Source: Candidatus Gottesmanbacteria bacterium
GTDB lineage: Bacteria > Patescibacteriota > Microgenomatia > UBA10105 > UBA927
DNA: 64,000 bases
Assembly: GCA_963809665.1 (NCBI GenBank)
Contig: CAWEKC010000001.1
Coordinates: 94,209-158,208, forward strand
Direction of reading: 5' to 3'
Under the pieces are notes generated by a model. The model was given only the letters and a program-made list of their open reading frames with translations. It was not told the origin of the DNA and made no database searches. The position numbers and the translations under genes are program-made. Positions within the stretch are counted from its first letter, which is position 1. Each line of letters begins with the position of its first letter. Shown here one piece after another: positions 29,841-38,644 of this stretch.

Positions 29841-30077
29841 ATGAATCAAGAAACAGGTAATTCATCTTCAACCGACCAAATAGAAATACAATCACATAAA
29901 GAATTCCGAGAGTATATTAAAAAATCACAGGACAATAAACTTGGTCATCTAGTGAGGATTGTCGTAATGGACGAATTAGCCTTGCTAGCGGAAGATTTAA
30001 TAGAAAACGGGTCAGAACCTTCATCGGTTTATAAATCTTTTATAAAGATAGCAGGAACACTAATAGAACGGCTCTAG
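29841..30077 (+). CDS. hypothetical small acidic protein in AT-rich islet (78 aa)
   Basis: TTGACT-15nt-TATAAA promoter-like upstream at about 29806-29832. 3' end overlaps the CPBP-like gene on the other strand by 18 nt. Confidence 0.35.
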   Translation: MNQETGNSSSTDQIEIQSHKEFREYIKKSQDNKLGHLVRIVVMDELALLAEDLIENGSEPSSVYKSFIKIAGTLIERL

Positions 30078-30686
30078 AAACTTCAATCGGGCGACAAGGC
30101 GGTTGTCCGGGTGGACGAGGCAATAATACAGAGCGCCGAGGAATGCATGTGACAGACTTTGCCAGAGAAGATTCCCGTACGTCATAAACGTCCATATCCA
30201 TACTGTGCCGGCCATTAGACTGAAAATAGTCAGTTTTATCGTGTCCCTCGGCGGGTGGGCCAAACCGAAAAACGAAATCCCAAGCAAAAACACAAGCACT
30301 CTGCTTGCAATAAGCGATGAAAGCGTATTGAGAAATATATATTGAAAAAATATCTGCTGCAAAAAAGCAAACGGGACATAGAGTACAAATAATGTCAGAA
30401 AAAATACGGGATTGAATTTTCTTTGTTTCACTCTGAAAAAAATTACCAGAAGAAATCCGACAATGGTAAATACCAGATGTATGATGCCCGACATCAAAAG
30501 TGTTTCCGGCACATACAGCTTAAACGTAACCTCTTTAAGATATAGTATTGTTAACAAAAGCGCTGATAATCCGAATATTATTATTAAAATCCCGTTTATG
30601 CTGTCATAATTCTTCGTCCGGGTATAGACAATGAGGGTACTAATACAGAGGATCAAAATAAGTGCGTTCAGATACATAAGGTACAC
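30060..30686 (-). CDS. CPBP (CAAX protease/Abi)-like intramembrane protein (tentative)
   Basis: 208 aa, 6 or more TM. ISFFGLAH (FxxxH-type motif) and SLSHAFLGALYY (H-containing motif 3-like). No clear EExxxR motif 1. About 35% GC. Confidence 0.35.
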   Translation of the reverse strand: MYLMYLNALILILCISTLIVYTRTKNYDSINGILIIIFGLSALLLTILYLKEVTFKLYVPETLLMSGIIHLVFTIVGFLLVIFFRVKQRKFNPVFFLTLFVLYVPFAFLQQIFFQYIFLNTLSSLIASRVLVFLLGISFFGLAHPPRDTIKLTIFSLMAGTVWIWTFMTYGNLLWQSLSHAFLGALYYCLVHPDNRLVARLKFLEPFY

Positions 30687-30728
30687 AGTATATCAGATTT
30701 GAAGCCCCGGCCGTGCTACAATGCAGGT

Positions 30729-31688
30729 ATGCTTGTAGATAACATTACCCTCACGGTTAAGGCAGGAAACGGCGGAGCGGGCTCAGCGTCGCTCCTGCAT
30801 AACGGCCAGACCCGCAAAGGCGGTCCGGATGGCGGCAACGGAGGCGCAGGCGGAAACATCTACTTTGTAGGTTCCACGAATATCAACGATCTACGGGAGT
30901 TCCGATACACGAAAATTATCAAAGCAAAACACGGCGGTGACGGGGCACGGCAAAAAAAGAACGGGAAAAAAGCGGAAGATGTTCTGACTCTCATCCCTCT
31001 GGGTACAAAAATTACTGACATCAAAACCAACGCTTCCATTGAGATTACCGAAATCGGCAAACAGGTGTTGATTGCACAGGGCGGGCGGGGAGGCCGCGGA
31101 AATGTTAATTTTAAAAGCTCCGTAAACCAGACGCCTATGACCGCAGAAAAGGGAGAACCCGGTCAGGAACGTGAACTTCTTCTGGAACTGCGCCTCATTG
31201 CGGAAATAGGGCTCATCGGATTGCCGAACGCCGGTAAAAGCAGTCTTCTTACTGTATTGACCAATGCCCATCCCACGGTAGCTGCATACCCGTTTACCAC
31301 CCTTGACCCCACAATCGGTATGCTGGGTAATCACCCTATAGCTGATATTCCCGGGCTTATTGAGGGCGCGTCAAAAGGGAAAGGGCTTGGGATAGATTTC
31401 CTCAGACATATCGAGAAAACAAAAATACTTTTGCACTGCATTGACGTAAACCATGACGATCCTCTGGGCGCGTATAAAACAATCCGGGAAGAATTTAAAC
31501 AATTTGATCCCGCACTACTTGCGAAACCGGAATATATCGTATTAACGAAAATCGATTTGACTGATGCGGATAGAATAAAAAGGGTTACAAGACTCTTTAC
31601 CGGTGAAAAGAAACAGGTATTTATATGTTCTGTGTACGACCCCAAAAGTATAGAAGCGCTCAAAAAAACGCTCGTGAGTCTCATATGA
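30729..31688 (+). CDS. obg: GTPase Obg/CgtA
   Basis: MLVDNITLTVKAGNGGAGSASLLHNGQTRKGGPDGGNGGAGGNIYF Obg fold. G1 GLIGLPNAGKSSLL, G4 LTKID. The track ORF starts at TTG 30699; ATG 30729 fits the Obg N-terminus. Confidence 0.9.
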   Translation: MLVDNITLTVKAGNGGAGSASLLHNGQTRKGGPDGGNGGAGGNIYFVGSTNINDLREFRYTKIIKAKHGGDGARQKKNGKKAEDVLTLIPLGTKITDIKTNASIEITEIGKQVLIAQGGRGGRGNVNFKSSVNQTPMTAEKGEPGQERELLLELRLIAEIGLIGLPNAGKSSLLTVLTNAHPTVAAYPFTTLDPTIGMLGNHPIADIPGLIEGASKGKGLGIDFLRHIEKTKILLHCIDVNHDDPLGAYKTIREEFKQFDPALLAKPEYIVLTKIDLTDADRIKRVTRLFTGEKKQVFICSVYDPKSIEALKKTLVSLI

Positions 31689-32134
31689 AAATTTCCCGTA
31701 TCAGAAAAGAACCGCGGATTCCATTCACTAAAGAAGGCTATCAAAAATTATTGGATGACCGGAAAAAATTTCTTGATGCACGGCCGGAGGCTGTCAAGAA
31801 TCTCTCGGAATCCCGTGCGATGGGTGACTTATCGGAAAACGGCTACTACAAAGCGTCCCGTCAGCAGCTTTCATTTTTGGACTCCCGTATACGGCGGGTG
31901 GAGCGGCTCATTAAGCTTGCCAAAATAATTGAACCGACACGCGTAAAGCTTACTGACGGTACAAAAGAATATGACTACGAAATTGTCGGGGGATATGAAT
32001 CCGATCCGGTCAAACATACAATTTCCCAGCAATCCCCTTTGGGCCGGGCAATTTCAGGGAAGAAAGCCGGTGACGTCGTGGAAGTCATCACCCCCGGCGG
32101 AATAAAAAAATTTACAGTTCTTTTAGTTTCTTAA
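31685..32134 (+). CDS. greA: GreA/GreB family transcription elongation factor
   Basis: Start MKISRIRKEPRIPFTKEGYQKL overlapping obg stop (ATGA). Coiled-coil N-domain, C-terminal FKBP-like domain (YDYEIVGGYESDPVKHTIS..SPLGRAI). Confidence 0.8.
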   Translation: MKISRIRKEPRIPFTKEGYQKLLDDRKKFLDARPEAVKNLSESRAMGDLSENGYYKASRQQLSFLDSRIRRVERLIKLAKIIEPTRVKLTDGTKEYDYEIVGGYESDPVKHTISQQSPLGRAISGKKAGDVVEVITPGGIKKFTVLLVS

Positions 32135-32925
32135 TCCGGTAGCCTGAGTATCCCCTTTTTCCGTTCAACTAATCCGTCTTTTATCAATCCATTAATAACG
32201 CACATGGAAAAATCATGTAAGATAGTATCTTCTTTGACGGGACCTTTGCGTAACAAATCAATTAACCTGCCCCTAAAATATCTGTTGGTTTCTTTAAACG
32301 GAATTGTTGATTTTTTTACCCTTTTTTTTATTTTTAATTTCGGCATTTCAATAGATCCGTAATCCATTAAAGCCTGATGCCATTCCCAGGATTCATCCAT
32401 AGGAACCAGTTTATCCGCAACTCCCTGAATAATTTTATCTTTCTGCGGAACGTCTCTGAAAAAGAAATGCGTAATAATCTGCCTGATATTTGTATCAACC
32501 GCAGCGATATCCTTTTTAAAAGCAAACACAAGAATTGCCCTGGAAGTATATTTCCCCAGACCCGGCAGAGACATAAGTTCTTTCTCGCTATCCGGAAACT
32601 TTCCGTTATACATATCAACAATATTCTGCGCTGCCTTTTTCAGATACAGCGCGCGCCGGTTATAGCCCATCCCCTTCCATACTTTCAGTATTTTCGCCGC
32701 GCTGGCCCGGGCAAGGGTGTACACGTCGGGGAAAAAATACAGGAATTCTTCGTATTTGGGAAGTACCCGCGAAACCTGCGTCTGCTGGAGCATAACCTCC
32801 GATACAAGAATCCTGTACGGATCATGCGTGTGACGCCACGGCAAATTGCGTTTATTGAGTTCCCACCAGGAAAAAATATGCTCCTGAAACTTTATAATCC
32901 GCCCGCCATTCATACTTCGGCCCAT
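32131..32925 (-). CDS. HhH-GPD family DNA glycosylase, MutY/Nth-like N-terminus, without Fe-S cluster cysteines
   Basis: FSWWELNKRNLPWRHTHDPYRILVSEVMLQQTQV (MutY/EndoIII-like), HhH LPGLGKYTSRAILVFAF, VDTNIRQ. Only one Cys in the whole protein, so no Cx6Cx2Cx5C [4Fe-4S] loop. Confidence 0.65.
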   Translation of the reverse strand: MGRSMNGGRIIKFQEHIFSWWELNKRNLPWRHTHDPYRILVSEVMLQQTQVSRVLPKYEEFLYFFPDVYTLARASAAKILKVWKGMGYNRRALYLKKAAQNIVDMYNGKFPDSEKELMSLPGLGKYTSRAILVFAFKKDIAAVDTNIRQIITHFFFRDVPQKDKIIQGVADKLVPMDESWEWHQALMDYGSIEMPKLKIKKRVKKSTIPFKETNRYFRGRLIDLLRKGPVKEDTILHDFSMCVINGLIKDGLVERKKGILRLPD

Positions 32926-32942
32926 TATAGTACAATAGAGGG

Positions 32943-33803
32943 ATGAAATCCGGTATTGTCGCGCTTATCGGCCGGCCGAATGTCGGCAAATCCACTCTCC
33001 TGAATACTCTTTTGGGGCATAAGGTGTCAATTACCAGCCCCAAACCGCAAACCACACGGTTTAATATTCAGGCCGTATACGAGGATGACCGCGGGCAGAT
33101 CATTTTTGTTGATACGCCCGGTATATTCGGCAGAACTCCCGATACGCTTTCCAAACGGATCAACGCACGTGCGGAAGGATCGTTGGTTAGCGGCATTGAT
33201 GTGGTCGTCTATATGGTTGACCACACCCGGCAGCGCGATACCGAGGAAAATAAAGCACTGGGTATCGTACGTAAATTCAACGGGCCGAAAATTCTCGTCA
33301 TCAATAAAACAGACATCCATACCCCTACTCACATCGTGCAGTATAAATTTTTGGAAGATGAGTTTACGACGGTGATTATGCTTTCCGCACTTGCTCACAA
33401 AAACACTAATATTCTGTTATCAACTCTGTTTGACCTCCTGCCTGAGGGAAAAGAATTAGTGGACAGAACTACACTGGCTCAACCGGCACTGAATATGGAC
33501 AGTAAATTATTTATCTCCGAAATTATCAGGGAAAAGGCATTTTTATTTTTGCGTGATGAAGTACCTTATACCCTTGCGTCTGCTGTCGATGAAGTCACTG
33601 AGCGTGATAACGGGACCGTCTATATCAAAGCGAAAATTATTACGAGCGCCGACCGGTATAAGGCGATGATCATAGGGCATGCAGGCGCAATGGTCAAAGA
33701 AATAAGCCAGGCGGCACGAAAAGAATTGGAAACGGCAACTAGCAAAAAAATCTACCTGGAGTTGACGGTTGTTACCGACCCTCATTGGATGGAATACGTA
33801 TAA
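32943..33803 (+). CDS. era: GTPase Era
   Basis: GIVALIGRPNVGKSTLLN (G1), DTPG (G3), NKTD (G4), C-terminal KH domain. Confidence 0.9.
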   Translation: MKSGIVALIGRPNVGKSTLLNTLLGHKVSITSPKPQTTRFNIQAVYEDDRGQIIFVDTPGIFGRTPDTLSKRINARAEGSLVSGIDVVVYMVDHTRQRDTEENKALGIVRKFNGPKILVINKTDIHTPTHIVQYKFLEDEFTTVIMLSALAHKNTNILLSTLFDLLPEGKELVDRTTLAQPALNMDSKLFISEIIREKAFLFLRDEVPYTLASAVDEVTERDNGTVYIKAKIITSADRYKAMIIGHAGAMVKEISQAARKELETATSKKIYLELTVVTDPHWMEYV

Positions 33804-35172
33804 ACGTTTCTTCCTTCCCTAAAATTTCCAGTGATTCCAATAACGGCGGTCCCACTGTTTTGCCGGTGACTGCAACACGGAGTTCCATAAATACATCCTT
33901 TGCTTTCAGTTTTGCAGCTTCTGCGGAATAACGGATCGATTGTTCCATGGCCTCATGTGTCCAAGCGCTTGCCTCAAGAGCTTTCCGTCCTACTTCAAGA
34001 ATTTCTTTTGCCAACGGCCTCTCATATGTTGCCGGACGTACAAAGAAAAATCCGGCAAGCGACTCAAATTCCGCCAATGTTTTCATCCGCTCAACCAATA
34101 GCGGAAGTATTTTCGCGATGTAGTTTTCCGGATATTTATTATTATAAAATTCGTACAGAACACGTATTAACTTTTTACTGTTCATGTGCCGGATATACTC
34201 CCCGTTCATCCAGCGCAGTTTTTCCGTATCGAAAATCGGGGCCGTCGTCTGCAGGTCTTCAAGACGGAATTTAGAGATCATATCGTCAACGGAAAAAACG
34301 TCCTGACCGCCGGGGTACGACCACGCCATAGTCGCAAGATAATTTTTGATCGCATCGGGCAGAAAGCCTTTTGATTTATACTCTGATACCCACACCGGAT
34401 TTTTCCGCTTACTTAACTTACTCCGGTCGGGATTCCGCAGTACCGATACATGCGCAATAAGCGGTACATCCCATCCAAAAAATTTGTAGAGAAGAATATG
34501 TTTAGGCGTTGAAGAAATCCATTCTTCACCGCGGATTATATGGGTAATCTTCATGATATGGTCATCAACAACCACCCCCAGATGATACGTGGGATACCCG
34601 TCGGATTTCAGAATGACCTGATCGTCAATCAGTTTGTTTTCAAAAGATATATCTCCCCGGATCACATCATGAAATATCGTCGTCCCCTCATCCGGCACAT
34701 CAAGACGGATAACGTATTTCTCCCCTGCCGCTATACGTTTTTTTGATTCACGTCTGTCGATTTTTTTACATAACCCGTCATACATCGGGGGTAAATGTCT
34801 GGCTTCCAGGTCTTTTCGCATTTGATCCAGTCTCTGCGGTGTACAGAAACAGTAATAGGCGTGACCTTTCGCGACAAGCGCTTCCGCATGTTTTTTATAG
34901 ATCCCGAGCCGTTCGGACTGGCGGTATGGGGCATATGGTCCGCCGATATCGGGCCCTTCGTCATACGGAATCCCTAACCACATGAGGGATGCCAGTATCC
35001 TATTTTCAGATCCTTTAACGAGCCGCGTGCGGTCTGTATCCTCCACACGGATAATAAATTGACCGTTATTAACTTTGGCAAATACGTAGTTTATAAGTGC
35101 AGTGTAAGCATTCCCGATGTGCAGGTCCTCGCCTGTCGGAGACGGAGCAATACGGGTTCGCACAGCACTCAT
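33772..35172 (-). CDS. gltX: glutamate--tRNA ligase
   Basis: RIAPSPTGEDLHIGNAYTAL (HIGH motif), KLSKR (KMSKS motif), 466 aa. 3' end overlaps era by 32 nt (convergent). Confidence 0.9.
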   Translation of the reverse strand: MSAVRTRIAPSPTGEDLHIGNAYTALINYVFAKVNNGQFIIRVEDTDRTRLVKGSENRILASLMWLGIPYDEGPDIGGPYAPYRQSERLGIYKKHAEALVAKGHAYYCFCTPQRLDQMRKDLEARHLPPMYDGLCKKIDRRESKKRIAAGEKYVIRLDVPDEGTTIFHDVIRGDISFENKLIDDQVILKSDGYPTYHLGVVVDDHIMKITHIIRGEEWISSTPKHILLYKFFGWDVPLIAHVSVLRNPDRSKLSKRKNPVWVSEYKSKGFLPDAIKNYLATMAWSYPGGQDVFSVDDMISKFRLEDLQTTAPIFDTEKLRWMNGEYIRHMNSKKLIRVLYEFYNNKYPENYIAKILPLLVERMKTLAEFESLAGFFFVRPATYERPLAKEILEVGRKALEASAWTHEAMEQSIRYSAEAAKLKAKDVFMELRVAVTGKTVGPPLLESLEILGKEETFIRIPSNEGR

Positions 35173-35214
35173 ACTGTTGATTCTACCACGTCCTAACCGT
35201 ATACTGAACTAACC

Positions 35215-36267
35215 ATGGCAACACTGACTCAAACCGCTTATTTTGCCCGCCGCACGATAAATTGGGGAATCATCGCAATCATCGCCTATATACTCATGCG
35301 TATTTTCTGGAGTATTTTCATTGCGGTATTTTTGCTTATATTCCCCCCGAAGGCCCCGCCGCCCAATCACGCATTCGATAAACTGCCAGTCCTCGTATTT
35401 CCGCTGCAGGCAACCCCATCGGCAGCACTAACGTTTCAATTACAGACAATCGAAGGTACTGTTCCCAAAGCTTCTGAATCCGCAACCGTGTATCTCATGC
35501 CAAAAACGGCACCGAATCTCCTCGGACTTAACACGGCGCAGGATTTTGCATCCGGATTTGATTTTGACCCCACTCCTGTGCAGGAAACCAAGAATATCTA
35601 CCGGTTTAATGATGCTAAGCTTCCGCTGAGGAGATTACGATACGATATTGTATCCAATAACTTTATTATCCGTTATGGCTACGAACAGGATCCGTCTGTT
35701 TTTAACGGAAAAAATCTCCCGCTACCGGATGACGGGACACGTGAGGCAATTAATTTACTTCAATCTCATAACTTGTATCAGACTGACCTTGCAGGCGGGA
35801 CAAATCAGATATTATTTCTGAGGTTAAACGGAACGCAGTTGATTGGTACGACAAGTCTTTCCCAGGCAGATGCTGAACGTATAGACTTCTTCCGGAAGCC
35901 AATCGAAGACACTCAGGTGCTCACCCCATACGCAGATGAGGCTCCGGTATCCATTATATACAGCGGCTCAACCGATACAAAAAAACGGATTATCCAGTTC
36001 GCCTATACATTTTGGCCGATTGATTATCAAACAACGGCAACATATGCACTGAAAACAAGTAACCAGGCCTGGGAAGAACTGCAAAGCGGAAACGGATATA
36101 TCGTACGGTATCCCACAAGCGGAAATGTCGCCGTTATCCGGAATGTATACCTTGCGTACTACGATTCATTTGATCCGCAAACGTATCTGCAGCCTATTTT
36201 TGTGTTTGACGGGGATAACGGGTTCCGTGCGTACGTGCCCGCAGTTTCTTCATCCTGGATTCTGTAG
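35215..36267 (+). CDS. hypothetical membrane-anchored extracytoplasmic protein
   Basis: 350 aa. N-terminal TM (WGIIAIIAYILMRIFWSIFIAVFLLIF). No recognised motif. Confidence 0.45.
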   Translation: MATLTQTAYFARRTINWGIIAIIAYILMRIFWSIFIAVFLLIFPPKAPPPNHAFDKLPVLVFPLQATPSAALTFQLQTIEGTVPKASESATVYLMPKTAPNLLGLNTAQDFASGFDFDPTPVQETKNIYRFNDAKLPLRRLRYDIVSNNFIIRYGYEQDPSVFNGKNLPLPDDGTREAINLLQSHNLYQTDLAGGTNQILFLRLNGTQLIGTTSLSQADAERIDFFRKPIEDTQVLTPYADEAPVSIIYSGSTDTKKRIIQFAYTFWPIDYQTTATYALKTSNQAWEELQSGNGYIVRYPTSGNVAVIRNVYLAYYDSFDPQTYLQPIFVFDGDNGFRAYVPAVSSSWIL

Positions 36268-37233
36268 CTATGTTGACGGCGTGAACACGTTCCACTGATA
36301 ATTTCCGAAGATCCAGTCGATAAGTCGGGATGTATCCCCGAAGCGATCCTGACTGTGAAGGGTAACAATAATAACCTTGTGACTGTTGCGGTCCACCATC
36401 GTGATGAGATTCTCTCCTGCTTCTTCCGTCCAGCCGGTTTTAATGCCGCCAACCCCCGGTATCTTCCCTAAGAGCTCGTTCACGTTTTTAAGCTGGTGGA
36501 AATATGTATGCGACACATCGGAAATGGTAATCTCCGGAATAGCTACCATCTTCGCAATCGTTTTGTTGTTCAGTGCCGCTTCCCCGAGAAGGGCCAGGTC
36601 TACCGGTGTCATTTTATGATTCGGGTCGTCGTACCCTACGGGATTGGTAAATGAGCTATGGGTAAGATGCAGCTCCTTCGCTTTATTGTTCATGGCTTCC
36701 ACAAATTTTGTCTCCCCGCCCGGGTAATAATCTGCCAATGCCCATGCAGCATCATTGCCCGAATATATTAGCGCCCCGTACAGAAGATTTTCCACGGTAA
36801 TTTTTTCACCCGGAATCAGACCCATCGATTGCCCGTCTATATTCTTCTCACCCACCGTTACTACATCATCAAGATTGAAGTTCTCAAGCGCCACAAGAGC
36901 GGTCAATAATTTTGTCGTCGATGCCGGGGATAATTCCACATTTTCATTCCGTTTATACATGAATACGCCGGAATCCATATCCAAGACAACCACGCCGGTC
37001 GCTGTAATCTCAGGTCCGGGATACATGCCGGTTATATTAACCGGATACGGGGCGGGAGTAGGAACCGGGATGGGCCAGGGCGGCAGCACATGTTCTTCAG
37101 ATGCGCGTGCCATCAGATATATGTTTTGTCCGGGAGATAACACGACGAATACGGCCAATAAAACCAGAAATAATATTTTACCCCATGAGACCCACCACCA
37201 CGGAACATGCTTGGGAGTATTCTTTTTCGCCAT
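36268..37233 (-). CDS. D-alanyl-D-alanine carboxypeptidase (serine peptidase S11, PBP5-like)
   Basis: Signal anchor. SxxK ASTTKLLTA, SGN YSGNDAAWALA, KTG GIKTGWTEEAG. Confidence 0.8.
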   Translation of the reverse strand: MAKKNTPKHVPWWWVSWGKILFLVLLAVFVVLSPGQNIYLMARASEEHVLPPWPIPVPTPAPYPVNITGMYPGPEITATGVVVLDMDSGVFMYKRNENVELSPASTTKLLTALVALENFNLDDVVTVGEKNIDGQSMGLIPGEKITVENLLYGALIYSGNDAAWALADYYPGGETKFVEAMNNKAKELHLTHSSFTNPVGYDDPNHKMTPVDLALLGEAALNNKTIAKMVAIPEITISDVSHTYFHQLKNVNELLGKIPGVGGIKTGWTEEAGENLITMVDRNSHKVIIVTLHSQDRFGDTSRLIDWIFGNYQWNVFTPST

Positions 37234-38633
37234 TATTTTTTCTTTTGAGTAAGAATGCGTAAACCCAATTCTGCAAGCTGATCCTCTGTTGCGTTACTGG
37301 GCGCATCTACGACACTTGTCGTTCCTGATGCTGAAGCCGGAAACGCCATAACCTCCCGTATGCTCGGTTCACCAAGGACTGTCATGATAAAACGGTCTAT
37401 GCCAGGTGCGATACCGCCGTGCGGGGGAGTACCATAGGAAAATGCAGTTAGCATATGCTCAAACTGTGCTTTTTGATCCTTTGTAAATCCTATGAGATCA
37501 AATACTTTTTCCTGGATTTCTGCCTGATGGATACGGATACTTCCTCCGCCGACTTCAAATCCGTTGAGGACTAAGTCATGCTGCAAGCCACGCGCCTGTG
37601 ACGGATTTGAGTCTAACAGTCCGATGTCATCGGGGTGAGGCGCAGTAAACATGTGATGCGACGGCGCGAATTTTGCATTCCCGGACCCGAAAAAGAAATC
37701 CGATTCCGACTGTTGGGTAAATAACGGAAAATCTATGGTCCAGCTGAATGCCAATTCGCCGGGATCTTTTTTATTTTTCCGCATATCCGGCTTATCCGTC
37801 CCGTATTTTTTTATTGCATCCGCATGGGACAGGCGCGGCCACGGAGACTGTGTTATATGTTTTTCCGGGAAAATTTGGGTAACGAGTGATGAGAATAGTG
37901 TTTCCGTAAGCTGCAAAATGTCTTCCTGTGTGACAAATGACATTTCCAAATCCAGCTGTGTAAATTCCCCATATGCCCGGTCGCGGCGCGGGTCCTCATC
38001 ACGGAAGCAACGGGCAATTTGAAAATACCGTTCAAATCCCGCAACCATTAAGAGCTGCTTGTACTGCTGCGGAGATTGCGGCAGCGCATAAAATTTTCCG
38101 TTTTGTAATCGTGAGGGTACGAGAAAGTCCCTCGCTCCCTCCGGTGTGGTTTTGGTTAATATGGGCGTTTCAATTTCGACGAACTCCCGTTCAAGAAGGA
38201 AATTGCGGATGTACGCGACAACCTTGGAGCGGATACGGATGTTTTTTGCCATACGCGGGCGGCGCAGGTCTAAATACCGGTATTTGGAACGTATCTCCTC
38301 GTTGATCTGGTACCCGTCTGTGTCAATCGGAAACGGGAGCTCTTTGGCTTTGGATACTACCGTAATTTTTTTTACTTCTACTTCGACCGTACCTGTCGCA
38401 ATATTCGGGTTCACCATTGCTTCCGGGCGTTTTTTCACCAGTCCGGCAACTTCCACCACATCCTCAGGCCTGGCATCGGCGAGTTCACCCGCCGAAACGA
38501 GCTGAATAAGCCCCGCCCTGTCGCGGAGATCCAAAAACATGATTTTCCCGTGATCGCGCCTTGCCTGCACCCAACCCTGAAGTGTGATTTGTTTACCGAT
38601 TTTGGTGACAGCTTCGGAAGATAACGTTCTCAT
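37233..38633 (-). CDS. aspS: aspartate--tRNA ligase, compact form lacking the GAD insertion domain
   Basis: Class II motifs: QSPQQYKQLLMVAGFERYFQIARCFRDEDPRRDRAYGEFTQLDLEMSF (motif 2), GTPPHGGIAPGIDRFIMTVLG (motif 3). Bacterial-type flanks DKPDMR...SWTIDFPLF are joined directly, so no GAD domain. 466 aa. Confidence 0.85.
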   Translation of the reverse strand: MRTLSSEAVTKIGKQITLQGWVQARRDHGKIMFLDLRDRAGLIQLVSAGELADARPEDVVEVAGLVKKRPEAMVNPNIATGTVEVEVKKITVVSKAKELPFPIDTDGYQINEEIRSKYRYLDLRRPRMAKNIRIRSKVVAYIRNFLLEREFVEIETPILTKTTPEGARDFLVPSRLQNGKFYALPQSPQQYKQLLMVAGFERYFQIARCFRDEDPRRDRAYGEFTQLDLEMSFVTQEDILQLTETLFSSLVTQIFPEKHITQSPWPRLSHADAIKKYGTDKPDMRKNKKDPGELAFSWTIDFPLFTQQSESDFFFGSGNAKFAPSHHMFTAPHPDDIGLLDSNPSQARGLQHDLVLNGFEVGGGSIRIHQAEIQEKVFDLIGFTKDQKAQFEHMLTAFSYGTPPHGGIAPGIDRFIMTVLGEPSIREVMAFPASASGTTSVVDAPSNATEDQLAELGLRILTQKKK

Positions 38634-38644
38634 AAACTATACGC

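Noticed and set aside
29079-30728. Integrase or direct-repeat boundaries of the AT-rich islet
   Set aside because: I looked for a tyrosine-recombinase ORF and for a repeat of the tRNA-Gln 3' end (TTCGAATCCAAGTCCCGCAGCCA) around 29700-30730 and found neither. The islet is reported as a compositional anomaly only, not as a defined mobile element.
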